Positions 20,330 through 29,544 of a stretch of DNA of 64,000 nucleotides are shown here, piece by piece. Under the pieces are notes generated by a model. It searched no databases. It worked only from the letters and a program-made list of their open reading frames with translations, and was not told where the DNA came from. This stretch comes from Gemmatimonadales bacterium (GTDB lineage Bacteria > Gemmatimonadota > Gemmatimonadetes > Gemmatimonadales > GWC2-71-9), in assembly GCA_041615815.1 (NCBI GenBank), contig JBFJCP010000013.1, positions 42,704 to 106,703 on the forward strand. The letters run 5' to 3'. Each line of letters opens with the position of its first letter. Position 1 is the first letter of the stretch. Both the position numbers and the translations under genes were made by a program.

Positions 20330-21123
20330 CGGGCGCTCATCGAATCGTGGGGAGGATGGCCCTCGTCGGGCTCCTCGCGATGGCGGTTCTCGCGGTCTTG
20401 GCCCCGATTCTCACTCCGTACGTCCCCGACGGTATCGATCTGGCCAACCGGCGCGCGCCGCCTTCCCTCTCGCATTGGTTCGGCACCGACGAATTAGGCC
20501 GCGACGTATGCACGCGGGTTCTGTTTGGCGCCCGGGTCTCGCTGGCCATCGGCCTTCTCTCGGCCGCCGTGACCGCGGTGGTGGGATTCGTCATCGGATC
20601 CGTGAGCGGTTATGCCCGGGGCTTGCTCGACGGAGTCCTGATGCGGCTCACCGATACGATGCTCTCGGTGCCCCGCTTGCCCCTGCTCATGATCTTGGCC
20701 GCCATTCTGGACCCCACGATCCCGATGTTGATCGTGCTGGTGGGCCTCGCCGGTTGGATGGAGACCGCACGCGTCGTGCGGGCGGAGGTGCTCTCGCTGA
20801 GAGAGCGATCGTTCGTGCTGGCGGCACGCGCTTGCGGCGCCCGGCCCCCCAGGATCGTGGGTCGGCACTTGCTTCCCAATGTGCTACCCGCCGCGATGGT
20901 GGCGACCACGCTCGCCGTGGCCCGAGGGATACTGTTGGAATCGACCCTCAGTTTCTTTGGCGTCGGGGTGCAGCCACCGACGGCGAGCTGGGGCAACATG
21001 CTCTATCAAGCACAATCGACCATGAGCACCGAGCCATGGGTGGCGATCTTTCCGGGGATGATGATCCTGCTGACGGTCCTGGCGGTGAACGTGCTGGGAG
21101 ACGCGGCAACGGGTGCCGCCTAG
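20326..21123 (+). CDS. Peptide ABC transporter permease (DppC/OppC-like)
   Basis: HWFGTDELGRD, ARVVRAEVLSLRE, HLLPN, SWGNML. Confidence 0.92.
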   Translation: MTGAHRIVGRMALVGLLAMAVLAVLAPILTPYVPDGIDLANRRAPPSLSHWFGTDELGRDVCTRVLFGARVSLAIGLLSAAVTAVVGFVIGSVSGYARGLLDGVLMRLTDTMLSVPRLPLLMILAAILDPTIPMLIVLVGLAGWMETARVVRAEVLSLRERSFVLAARACGARPPRIVGRHLLPNVLPAAMVATTLAVARGILLESTLSFFGVGVQPPTASWGNMLYQAQSTMSTEPWVAIFPGMMILLTVLAVNVLGDAATGAA

Positions 21124-21191
21124 CTAGCGAGTCACCTACAGGCTTGGCAACGCGGGCGCCACCTCGGCGCCCGCGTCGCGGTAGAGAGCGC

Positions 21192-21989
21192 TTAGGAATC
21201 GTCGTCGTCGAACTCGACGTCCGTGAACCCATTCTCCAGCTCGAAGCCGAACTCCAACAATTGTCCCGTGGTGTCGTAATCCCACTGCGAAAGATCGACC
21301 ACCGTGTCACCCGAAAGGAACCAAGCAGTGGGGTCCACTGTGACCGAAACGGTACGATCGACCGCATCCTCGGTGATCTCGAGCGGGGTGTCGAAATCCA
21401 GCTCGATCTCGATCTCTGCATCAAAGAACACGCGGAACGGAACCGCGCTTCCGCCCGTGGGGGTGAAGGAGCCCACGGCCAGCATGCTGGCTCCGGAGGG
21501 CCAGTCGTCGAACCCGGCGGCAAGAATGGCGTCCCGCACGGCCTGAATGGCCACCGCGTCGTCATCTTCTTCGTCGTCCTCGAGATCCTCGACTTCGAAC
21601 TCAAGTCCCGAATACGAACCGGCAGGTACCTCTTGCCGTACCACGGCCTGATCTACTCCGGCTTCCATCGGCACTTGCACGAACGCCGCCGGTGCCTCGA
21701 ACTCCTCACAGTCGTCGTCGAGCAAGCCATCACACTCGACACCGACCAGTTCCAGCTCGAACTCGGCGACGATGAGATACAGCTCGTCGATTGAGAGGGT
21801 GCCGTTACTGCCCGGGATTGGAATGGCGGCCGTGCCGGACCTCGCGAGCATGAGCCCGGAAGGTGCGACCTGGGCCGACACCGGCTGGAACGCGACCGTG
21901 ACGTTCCCCCCGGGTCCGGTGGCCGAATCGCAGGCCATGATTGCCAGCGCGAAGGCCGAAAACGTAAACACCGAATGCCGTACCTTCAT
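21192..21989 (-). CDS. Hypothetical acidic lipoprotein
   Basis: AAGGAG RBS; lipobox IMAC; beta-rich and very Asp/Glu-rich. Confidence 0.8.
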   Translation of the reverse strand: MKVRHSVFTFSAFALAIMACDSATGPGGNVTVAFQPVSAQVAPSGLMLARSGTAAIPIPGSNGTLSIDELYLIVAEFELELVGVECDGLLDDDCEEFEAPAAFVQVPMEAGVDQAVVRQEVPAGSYSGLEFEVEDLEDDEEDDDAVAIQAVRDAILAAGFDDWPSGASMLAVGSFTPTGGSAVPFRVFFDAEIEIELDFDTPLEITEDAVDRTVSVTVDPTAWFLSGDTVVDLSQWDYDTTGQLLEFGFELENGFTDVEFDDDDS

Positions 21990-22082
21990 GAAGCACTCCT
22001 TCGTCGTCGTCTTTAGGGGTGATCAACTGATGGAAACATGGTAAGCGGTCGGCAGCGGTGGTAGCTGCGATACGGACGGGAG

Positions 22083-22110
22083 CCTTTTTGTGACCGCGGT
22101 CACAAAAAGG
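22083..22110. promoter_or_regulatory. Perfect 28-bp palindrome with CRP-type core TGTGA-N6-TCACA
   Basis: CCTTTTTGTGACCGCGGTCACAAAAAGG is its own reverse complement; lies in a divergent intergenic region. Confidence 0.7.
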
Positions 22111-22363
22111 TGTGTGATTGCGGACTGTCCGCGGTCACGAGTACCACCCCTGTCACGAGATCGGTCAGGGCTGGCATCACGCAGGGCAGAGCTGAACCAC
22201 TTCGTGGCACTTCCGCCCACCGTCGGCGCAGCGGTCTCAGGCCGGAGAACCTCTTGTGACACGTGCCACGGTTCTCACCCTCCACGGTCGATAGTCTTAG
22301 CGGAGATCGGCTACACAACTCCGTCGCGCCCGTGGTCAGGTAACACTCGTGGAGGCTAACCCC

Positions 22364-22996
22364 ATGCGTATTCAGAGATTGCTCACTGCAGGGTTGAGTG
22401 TCGTTCTGGTGCTCGGCCTGGCCGGATGCGGCAACGACCCCCTGGGCATCAACGAGGGTGACCAGCTCACCGCCGCGGAAATTCAGTCCTTGTTCGACGC
22501 CATGTCGGCCGCCTTCGCCGGGGGTGGTGTGGGTGCCAGCTCCCCGGTCATGGCCGCCCAGGTGCCGATTCCGATCGATCAGAGCATCGCATTTTCGGCG
22601 TCCTGCCCGGCCGGCGGGACGGTAGGTCTCAACGGATCAGCCAACGGCCAGATCGACGACCAGACCCTCGAGGGGAATCTCTCGATGAATTTCGTATACC
22701 AGTTGAACGCATGCGCGGTCACGAACAACGCGGTGACCTTCACGGTGAGCCATGCTCCCGAGATCCGCTTCGAAGGGGATTTCCTGTTCGGGCAGGATGA
22801 GATCAGTGTGACAGCGAGCGAGCAAGGCGGCTTTCGATTCGAGTCGACGGATGGACGCGCTGGGAGCTGTCTCATCGACCTCGATTTCAGTGCATCGTAC
22901 AACAGCGCTACCCAGACATCGAGCGGCTCGGTGACCGGAACGGTCTGCGGGCTCGCCGCCGACCAGATGACCCCGCTGGATCTCGGGGGAAGCTGA
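22364..22996 (+). CDS. Hypothetical lipoprotein
   Basis: GGAGG RBS; lipobox LAGC; four further Cys; beta-rich. Confidence 0.8.
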   Translation: MRIQRLLTAGLSVVLVLGLAGCGNDPLGINEGDQLTAAEIQSLFDAMSAAFAGGGVGASSPVMAAQVPIPIDQSIAFSASCPAGGTVGLNGSANGQIDDQTLEGNLSMNFVYQLNACAVTNNAVTFTVSHAPEIRFEGDFLFGQDEISVTASEQGGFRFESTDGRAGSCLIDLDFSASYNSATQTSSGSVTGTVCGLAADQMTPLDLGGS

Positions 22997-23120
22997 GATC
23001 CTCTGGACGAAGAGCAGCTCGTCCCTCCCGGCGGCCGGAGGTCCTAGGTGGTCCATGCCGCGCAGATACGAGTCAGGTCCTGATCGCCGTCACGCGCCCC
23101 TTGACGACGGTTCGCGTCAG

Positions 23121-23453
23121 TCAGCCCTTGTTCCCGAAGCTGATGCGCCACCATTCCCTCGCGCACTCCGTCAACGACAGATCGCGGACCCGTTCTTCCG
23201 CCAGTCCCTCCATCACCCCGGCAGCAGCGTTCTCGAGCACCGCTCCGATGCCGCCTGCGATGCGTCCCGCATCCTCACCGTATTCCTCAGCTCGTTCCTT
23301 CCCCTGCTGCGTGAGTGACTCGACGTCGGACCGCGCGCGTTTCACCAGTTCTTGCCTGAGCATGGAGCAGGGGCTGAAGGTCCTGTATTTCACGACCGGA
23401 AACGCGGCGGCGGCGATCACGACGATGGCGAGCAAGGCGAGGATCTTCTTCAT
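23121..23453 (-). CDS. Hypothetical membrane-anchored protein
   Basis: MKKILALL hydrophobic N-terminus; two Cys. Confidence 0.7.
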   Translation of the reverse strand: MKKILALLAIVVIAAAAFPVVKYRTFSPCSMLRQELVKRARSDVESLTQQGKERAEEYGEDAGRIAGGIGAVLENAAAGVMEGLAEERVRDLSLTECAREWWRISFGNKG

Positions 23454-23782
23454 GGCATCTCGGCCGATGGGTGGCTCCCGAAGAAAGGCCTGGACGCGAG
23501 CGGCCGCAAGCTAGCCACGGTACGGGGAGCCCGCAACGTGAACCGTGGCGGCCTACCCCTTGGTGCGGCCACGATCGAATGTCCGAGCAACAAGACGGGA
23601 CGTTGACGTGTGCAGAGGGCTATCGACGGATTCGATGTCGCGGCCTACCTTGATCCACACGAAGCGCTCCGACGAAGCGTCGTTGCTCTACCGGACCGCC
23701 TTCGGTCAGGCGGGCCTAGAACTTGCCATCCTCCATTCGCGGTATGCCAAGCGCCACCTCGAAGAGTACCAACCCTCCTCCA

Positions 23783-25132
23783 ATGCCGACGCCCACGCCC
23801 GAGCAGTTGATCGCGTGGGGCGCCCGCCTGGCGTATGTCGTGGTCCTGATTCTGGCGACCCTCAAATCGCTGGAGTTTGTCCCCAACGTGGGTGATGCGG
23901 CCGCGCGCCTGGACGACGCATTCGATCCGGTCACCTCGGCCAGGGATCTCGTGGATGCCGTGCGCAATGTGGCACTCTTTGCCGGATGGGGTGCCGTTTG
24001 GGTGGCAACCGGGAAGCCCGCCCTCCGATTATTCACGACCCTGTTCGGGGCCGCCCTCACAGGATTCTTGTTGAGCGCCGCGGTCGAGACACTGCAGTTG
24101 TTCTCCGCCGTCCGAACCGCGAGTGTCTTGGATCTCATTACGAACACGGGTGGGGCATTTGCGGGAGCGGTGTTCATGACGGGGCTCGTGGCGGTGGCCT
24201 GGGGAATGCGAACGTGGAAGTCGTACGTCGGTGTTCCCGCTGTGGTACTCGCCGCAAGTTACCTGGCCGCGGTGTTCTTCGAGGCCGTGGTCCCGCTCAC
24301 GCGGGCGGTCCCGCTCCTGGGCGTCTACGGTGGGCCCATCAGCCGTTTCGGCGCGGCGATGGCAGAAATCCGGCTTGGTATGTCCGAATTCCCCATGCTG
24401 GACGTGTTACTGTTCTTCCCTCTCGGCCTGCTGTCCGTCGCAGCTTTGGTGGAGCTCAAGTTTCCTCGCCGCCGCGCAGGGTGGATTGCCAGCGCCGGTG
24501 GTCTCCTGCTTTCGACGACGGCCGAGATCGGCCGGGGGGTGTTGGGACTTCCGGTAGAGCTTGGCGTAATCGTGGTACACGCGCTGGCCATCGCTCTCGG
24601 GGCGGTGCTCGCCGTCAAAGGTCTACCGAGCTTCTCGCGCACGCTCCGTGGCCGCCGACGCGCGCTGTTCGTGGCCGTCGCCTACAGCTTTGTCTTGATG
24701 TTGTGGGCGTGGCGCCCGTTCATGCCGGAGTGGAGCCTCACGAACATCCTCGAGCAGTTCACGCTCGCGCGTTTCATTCCCCTCGAAGCCGCGCGGTGGC
24801 GTATGGACTTGTTCAGCGTATCCGACGTTGCAGGACAGTTCTTCCGGTACCTTCCGGTCGGAGCGCTCCTGGCGGTATGGCCTCTTCGGCGGCGGGGACC
24901 CCTCGGAGGTCCATTCGCGGGACTCTACCTCGCCGCGATCCTCGAGTTCGGTCAGGCGTTCGTCGCGGGACGGTTTTTCGACGTGGGTACCGATCTGGCC
25001 GTGCAGTGTTCCGGCGTGCTGATGGGGTGGCTGATGGTGCGGCAAGCGGGATTCAAAGCGTACGGAGCGCTCCTGCCACCATCACGTCGCCGCCGACCCG
25101 TCGTCGCTGGACGGCGGCAAGGCGCGGCGTAA
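23783..25132 (+). CDS. VanZ family multi-pass membrane protein (start 23744 or 23783)
   Basis: DAVRNVALFAGWG, AVETLQLF..RTASVLDLITNT; further VanZ-like units toward the C-terminus. Confidence 0.82.
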   Translation: MPTPTPEQLIAWGARLAYVVVLILATLKSLEFVPNVGDAAARLDDAFDPVTSARDLVDAVRNVALFAGWGAVWVATGKPALRLFTTLFGAALTGFLLSAAVETLQLFSAVRTASVLDLITNTGGAFAGAVFMTGLVAVAWGMRTWKSYVGVPAVVLAASYLAAVFFEAVVPLTRAVPLLGVYGGPISRFGAAMAEIRLGMSEFPMLDVLLFFPLGLLSVAALVELKFPRRRAGWIASAGGLLLSTTAEIGRGVLGLPVELGVIVVHALAIALGAVLAVKGLPSFSRTLRGRRRALFVAVAYSFVLMLWAWRPFMPEWSLTNILEQFTLARFIPLEAARWRMDLFSVSDVAGQFFRYLPVGALLAVWPLRRRGPLGGPFAGLYLAAILEFGQAFVAGRFFDVGTDLAVQCSGVLMGWLMVRQAGFKAYGALLPPSRRRRPVVAGRRQGAA

Positions 25133-25314
25133 CGATTCCTCTCGCCGAGCTCGGGCAATCTCCTAGCTATCTTCGTTGCAACGTGTTATTTGTACTGGAT
25201 GATTGGTTTCGGAATACGGCACGGTCCGACCATGCTCGCAGCCACCGCCGTCACCCGTACCCGTGTTCACCTCCCGACCGGGTCGTTCCGGGGCCGACAA
25301 CGCAGGGGATTCTC

Positions 25315-26025
25315 ATGACAGCACGAGCAACCATTTCCATTGCCTGTTCCATGTTGTTGGGACTTGGCGCGTGCCAAGGCGCCGAACAGCAGACTGAAGA
25401 GGCAACGGCAGGCGGCGACGTCGCGATGATGCAGGAGTACCCGAATTCGCCGGCGCCTGTGGCCCTCGAGACCGGTCACGCAGTGGTGCAGCGTCTCATG
25501 TCCGAACCCAATCAGTGGGTTGGGGAGCATGGGCACGCCGGCAACCAGCTCGCCATCGCGCTCGACGGCGGGACCATGATCTACAGGCAGAACGGCGAAG
25601 AGACCGAGACGACCTATACGCCCGGTCAGCCGTTTTGGATCGAGTACATCGCATCGCACGATCACGCGGCCAAGGATCGCGCCTCCAATGCGATCCTGAT
25701 CACCATGAAGCACTCACCTGGCGGGACGGCCATGGCACAGGAATATCCTGCCCGTCCGGCGACGACGATCATCGACAACGAGTACGCCATTGTTCAACGT
25801 ATCGTCGCCGAACCAGGTCAGTGGGTCGGTGAACACTCGCATCCCGGCACCCAGATCGTCGTCTTCCTCACGGGCGGAACCATGACGATGCGGGAGGGCG
25901 GTGAGGAAACCGTCACGACCTACGAGGCCGGCCAGACCATCGAAGTGACGGCCACCGAGGCGCATGATCACGCCAATACCGGAACCAGCCGCATCGAGGC
26001 CCTACTGATCACACCAAAGATGTAA
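25315..26025 (+). CDS. Tandem cupin-domain lipoprotein
   Basis: Lipobox LGAC; two copies of QEYP...VQR..EP.QWVGEHxH.G.Q...GGTM...HDHA. Confidence 0.82.
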   Translation: MTARATISIACSMLLGLGACQGAEQQTEEATAGGDVAMMQEYPNSPAPVALETGHAVVQRLMSEPNQWVGEHGHAGNQLAIALDGGTMIYRQNGEETETTYTPGQPFWIEYIASHDHAAKDRASNAILITMKHSPGGTAMAQEYPARPATTIIDNEYAIVQRIVAEPGQWVGEHSHPGTQIVVFLTGGTMTMREGGEETVTTYEAGQTIEVTATEAHDHANTGTSRIEALLITPKM

Positions 26026-26046
26026 CTGAAGCAACTCGACGTCCGG

Positions 26047-26081
26047 CGCGGGCGCCGGGACCCTGGGTCCCGGCGCCCGCG
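26047..26081. terminator. GC-rich inverted repeat between convergent genes (probable terminator)
   Basis: CGCGGGCGCCGGGACCC-T-GGGTCCCGGCGCCCGCG, 17-bp perfect arms, followed by TTGTATT. Confidence 0.65.
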
Positions 26082-26120
26082 TTGTATTCCTCCAGCCCAG
26101 TGACCGTCTCGAACTGGCGT

Positions 26121-26771
26121 CTACTCGGTCGTCCTCGACACACTCTCGAGATAGAGGACGATCTGAGCAAAGTCGTCCGTTGAAATCGTATCGCCCAGCA
26201 TGTCCTCCAGGTGCTGGCGCATACGTCGCGCCACGGCAATCCAATCTTCGGACGCATGCTGCCTCGGATCCGCCAACGCGTGACACCGGCTACAGGTCTG
26301 CATGAACAGCGCGCGCCCCGGACCGGGCGGCAAGTTCCGTTCACTCACCTGAAACGCGTGCTCGACGAAGTAGGGCACCATGGCCGCGCGCTCGGCGGTC
26401 GTGGGGACCGGAATGTCGAACGTACCGGAGACACGATCGATCCGGAGCCACATCCGGCGAAGCACGATGGGCCAGTCGGTGGCCGAGTGCATCCGGGGAC
26501 TTGGAACCGCGTGACAAGTCGTACAATACCGCCGCACCGCCTGAGCACCAGCCGACTCAGCCGCCGGGAGATCCGAGGGCGCGAGATCGCCTGGAGGCAG
26601 CGCTGCCCGCGCCGACGCGAGGAAGATATCCATGTCGACACCCTGGCTTGCGGTACCGCCAGTCTCCGTCACCGTAGGAGGCGGTGGCTGCTCGGTGGTG
26701 CAAGCCATCCATGCCAGCGCGCCCACCAGTACGACCCCGGTGCGACTCACCTTGGCGAGTGTTTTGAGCAT
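26121..26771 (-). CDS. Diheme cytochrome c lipoprotein
   Basis: GGAGG RBS; WMAC lipobox; CTTCH and CSRCH, each followed by P..H...W....RM. Confidence 0.85.
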   Translation of the reverse strand: MLKTLAKVSRTGVVLVGALAWMACTTEQPPPPTVTETGGTASQGVDMDIFLASARAALPPGDLAPSDLPAAESAGAQAVRRYCTTCHAVPSPRMHSATDWPIVLRRMWLRIDRVSGTFDIPVPTTAERAAMVPYFVEHAFQVSERNLPPGPGRALFMQTCSRCHALADPRQHASEDWIAVARRMRQHLEDMLGDTISTDDFAQIVLYLESVSRTTE

Positions 26772-26933
26772 ACTCCACCTCCTTCCGGCGTCGAGTGCTC
26801 GTGCTTGAGCACTCGTGAGCCCTTACGAAGGGTAGAGTGGAGCCAATGAAGGAGCCATGAAAGGAGTGTGGATTGGATCTGAACTCGACTTCACGAATCG
26901 GGCACGGCGCGGTCGCGGACGAGGCAGTCGGTT

Positions 26934-28778
26934 TTACGGAGATGTTACCAGGAGCACGTCTTGGGCTGGCGGATCGTCGTAGAGACGCTCCACCGCCTCT
27001 CCCCGCTTCTCGAGCACCGCCCGCTGGTTGATGTATCCCTTGTCGGTGATCTCGTCATCGTCGATGGAGGGGGGTTCGGTGACGAGCAGAACTCGAGCGA
27101 TCTTGGTGGAGGACCCGGTCTGATCGTCGTTGTACCGGCGCAAGGCACGACGAACGTGCTCTCGAACGTCAGGACAAGTCGCGAGCCGCCGGAGGTCGGG
27201 ATGGGCACCGTCGTGCGAACACAGTCTCCGGCTTCCCGCCAGATCGAGCCAGGCCAACAACCCAACGCTATCGCGATCGTGGCCACACACCACGGCGTCG
27301 TGGAGTGCCGGCGCGGCCGCCGCGAGGGCTGCAACCCTCAGGGTCCCCACGTGGACCCACGTCCCTGACGTGAGCTTGAAGTCCTCCGCCACGCGGCCGT
27401 CGAACATGAGACCGCAGGACGGATCATCGGGGTCAACCAGCAGGCCCGCATCACCGATCTTGTAGAACCCCTCCTCATCGAATGCGGCCTCGGTACGCTC
27501 GGGGTCTCGCAGATAGCCCGGCGTGACGTTGGGGCCCCGCACGCGCATCTCCAACTTGGAGCCTGAGGGAAGCAGCTTGAGGTCCACCCCGGGGGCGGGA
27601 AGCCCAATGATTCCAGCCCTCGAGATCGGGAAGTGGACCGTGGTCGCCATGGGTGCGGTCTCCGTCGACCCCCATGCCGATGCCAGCATCACCGGCTCTC
27701 CGGTAGCCTCGATCGCCACCGCCTCGAGACGCTCCCACAGATCCTGCGACAGCGCCGAGCCGGCGTAGAAGATCATCTGCAGCTGTTGAAAGAACCGTTT
27801 GCGCAAGTTGGCATCCCCCTCCAACAACGGTAGCAGCATCGCATACCCAGCCGGAACGTTGCAATAGATCGTGGGCGACACCTCCTGCAGGTTTCCTACG
27901 GTCACCTGGACGAGATCGGCCCGCGGTTTGCCCTCGTCGATGTAGAGCGTACCGCCTTGGGCGAGGACGAGGTTGAAATTGTGGTTTCCGCCAAACGTGT
28001 GATTCCACGGGAGCCAGTCGACGAGCACCGGTGGTGTGTCCCGTACGAATGGCCAACACTGCTCGATCATCTGCTGATTCGCACACAGCATCCGGTGCGT
28101 ATTGATCACCCCTTTGGGGGTGCCGGTGGACCCAGACGTAAACAGATACTTGGCGATCGTATCCGGCCCAACGAGCGCTTCCGCGCGTTGCAGGGCGGGA
28201 CCCGGCCGCTTGGCTTGGAGTTCATCGAACGCCACGACTCCGCGAGGCCCTTCATCGGGATCGCTCGTAACGATCTCGACTTGAGCACTTCTTAATTCCC
28301 AGAGGACGGACGCAAATGGCTCGAATCGATCCACATAGATGAGACCGGGACGCACCAGCTCCACGATGCGGTGCACCTTGCCATAATCACTCGTCATCAG
28401 GGAGTACGCTGGAGAGACCGGCGCGATCGGTACGCCCGCCAGAAAACAACCCAGCATCAAGAGCGCGTGGTCGACGGAGTTGCCCGAGAGCACGAGCACC
28501 GGCCGGTCGAGTCCCAGGTCGCGGCCCAGGAGACTCTGGGCAATCCGCTGGGCCGCGCGCAAGGCCTCCACATACCGCACCTCCCGCCAGCCCACCGCGG
28601 ACCGCTCTGCCAGAAACACCTGTTCGGGCCGGTGCAGAGCCCAGTGCCGCAGAAACTCGCCGAGGTTACGCCCGTACGAGTGTAACGGCTGCGGGGAACG
28701 AAGCAGCATCGAACCGTCGGCACGGTCGATCCTCGTCACCTCGGCGGGGGCCAAGAGGATGGGGGTTCGTTCCGGCAT
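26934..28778 (-). CDS. fcs: Feruloyl-CoA synthase
   Basis: FTSGSTGTPKGV, DWLPWNHTFGGNHN, WGSTETAP, DGRVAEDFKL, EITDKGYINQRAVL. Confidence 0.88.
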   Translation of the reverse strand: MPERTPILLAPAEVTRIDRADGSMLLRSPQPLHSYGRNLGEFLRHWALHRPEQVFLAERSAVGWREVRYVEALRAAQRIAQSLLGRDLGLDRPVLVLSGNSVDHALLMLGCFLAGVPIAPVSPAYSLMTSDYGKVHRIVELVRPGLIYVDRFEPFASVLWELRSAQVEIVTSDPDEGPRGVVAFDELQAKRPGPALQRAEALVGPDTIAKYLFTSGSTGTPKGVINTHRMLCANQQMIEQCWPFVRDTPPVLVDWLPWNHTFGGNHNFNLVLAQGGTLYIDEGKPRADLVQVTVGNLQEVSPTIYCNVPAGYAMLLPLLEGDANLRKRFFQQLQMIFYAGSALSQDLWERLEAVAIEATGEPVMLASAWGSTETAPMATTVHFPISRAGIIGLPAPGVDLKLLPSGSKLEMRVRGPNVTPGYLRDPERTEAAFDEEGFYKIGDAGLLVDPDDPSCGLMFDGRVAEDFKLTSGTWVHVGTLRVAALAAAAPALHDAVVCGHDRDSVGLLAWLDLAGSRRLCSHDGAHPDLRRLATCPDVREHVRRALRRYNDDQTGSSTKIARVLLVTEPPSIDDDEITDKGYINQRAVLEKRGEAVERLYDDPPAQDVLLVTSP

Positions 28779-28963
28779 GGCGGTAGGATAGCGCTCAGGC
28801 AGAACGGGCAGAAGAGGTCAAGCACACGGTAGCAGTAGGTGAGACCGGAGCATGGAAGGAGCCCAGGGTGACGTGGGCCATCACCGCCCCGCCCCTTCCG
28901 TCATCTCTCATGATGATGTTGCTTGTGAGCAAAGGGATTTCCAGACGCGGGAGGCGACCAACT

Positions 28964-29260
28964 ATGGACTGGGACGGCATTGGCACGTTTGCGGCATTCC
29001 TCAGCGCCGGGGCCGTGACCATGGGTTGGATCGTGCTGGCGGGATACAAGGCGAAGCTCAAGGCCGAGTCTGAGCAACGACGTTTGGGAGCAGCATCGGG
29101 CGAGGCGATAGAAGAGCTTCGACGGGAAACGCACGATGCACTCCGCGAGCAACAACAACAACTGGACGAGCTCCACGAACGACTCGATTTTGCCGAGCGA
29201 CTCCTGACCCGAGGACAGGGAGCGGAGCGGCCTCCGAAGCGGGAATCGACCCCCACCTAA
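28964..29260 (+). CDS. Hypothetical TM plus coiled-coil protein
   Basis: GGAGG RBS; N-terminal TM; ELHERLDFAERLL coiled coil. Confidence 0.78.
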   Translation: MDWDGIGTFAAFLSAGAVTMGWIVLAGYKAKLKAESEQRRLGAASGEAIEELRRETHDALREQQQQLDELHERLDFAERLLTRGQGAERPPKRESTPT

Positions 29261-29378
29261 CACGACTCCACGCCCGTGCCAGCGAGAAGGTCCCGGTGAT
29301 CGACGATCCCGGGCCGGTGATGCCCACCTCGAGATTGGTCAGGAACGCGGCGGGCGTGGGCCTGCGGGAGTCTCCCGC

Positions 29379-29516
29379 CTAAACCACCACGCGGCCGGCC
29401 TCCGGGCCCTCCGCGAGCACATCGCGCAACGTGTCGAGCGCTCCCTGCAATTGGTCGCGGCTCGAGGCGGGACCCACACAGAGCCGGACCGCGTGGGGTG
29501 GTACCGCGTGACGGGA
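29379..29516 (-). pseudogene. C-terminal remnant resembling MocR/PLP-dependent regulator
   Basis: Manual translation PPHAVRLCVGPASSRDQLQGALDTLRDVLAEGPEAGRVVV*; no start codon and an in-frame TAG just upstream. Confidence 0.5.
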
Positions 29517-29544
29517 GGGGCGCAGCCATCCCGCCTATCCGCCC

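Noticed and set aside
22083..22110. Palindrome as a rho-independent terminator
   Set aside because: It lies between divergent starts, has no loop, and the T-tract is on the wrong side.
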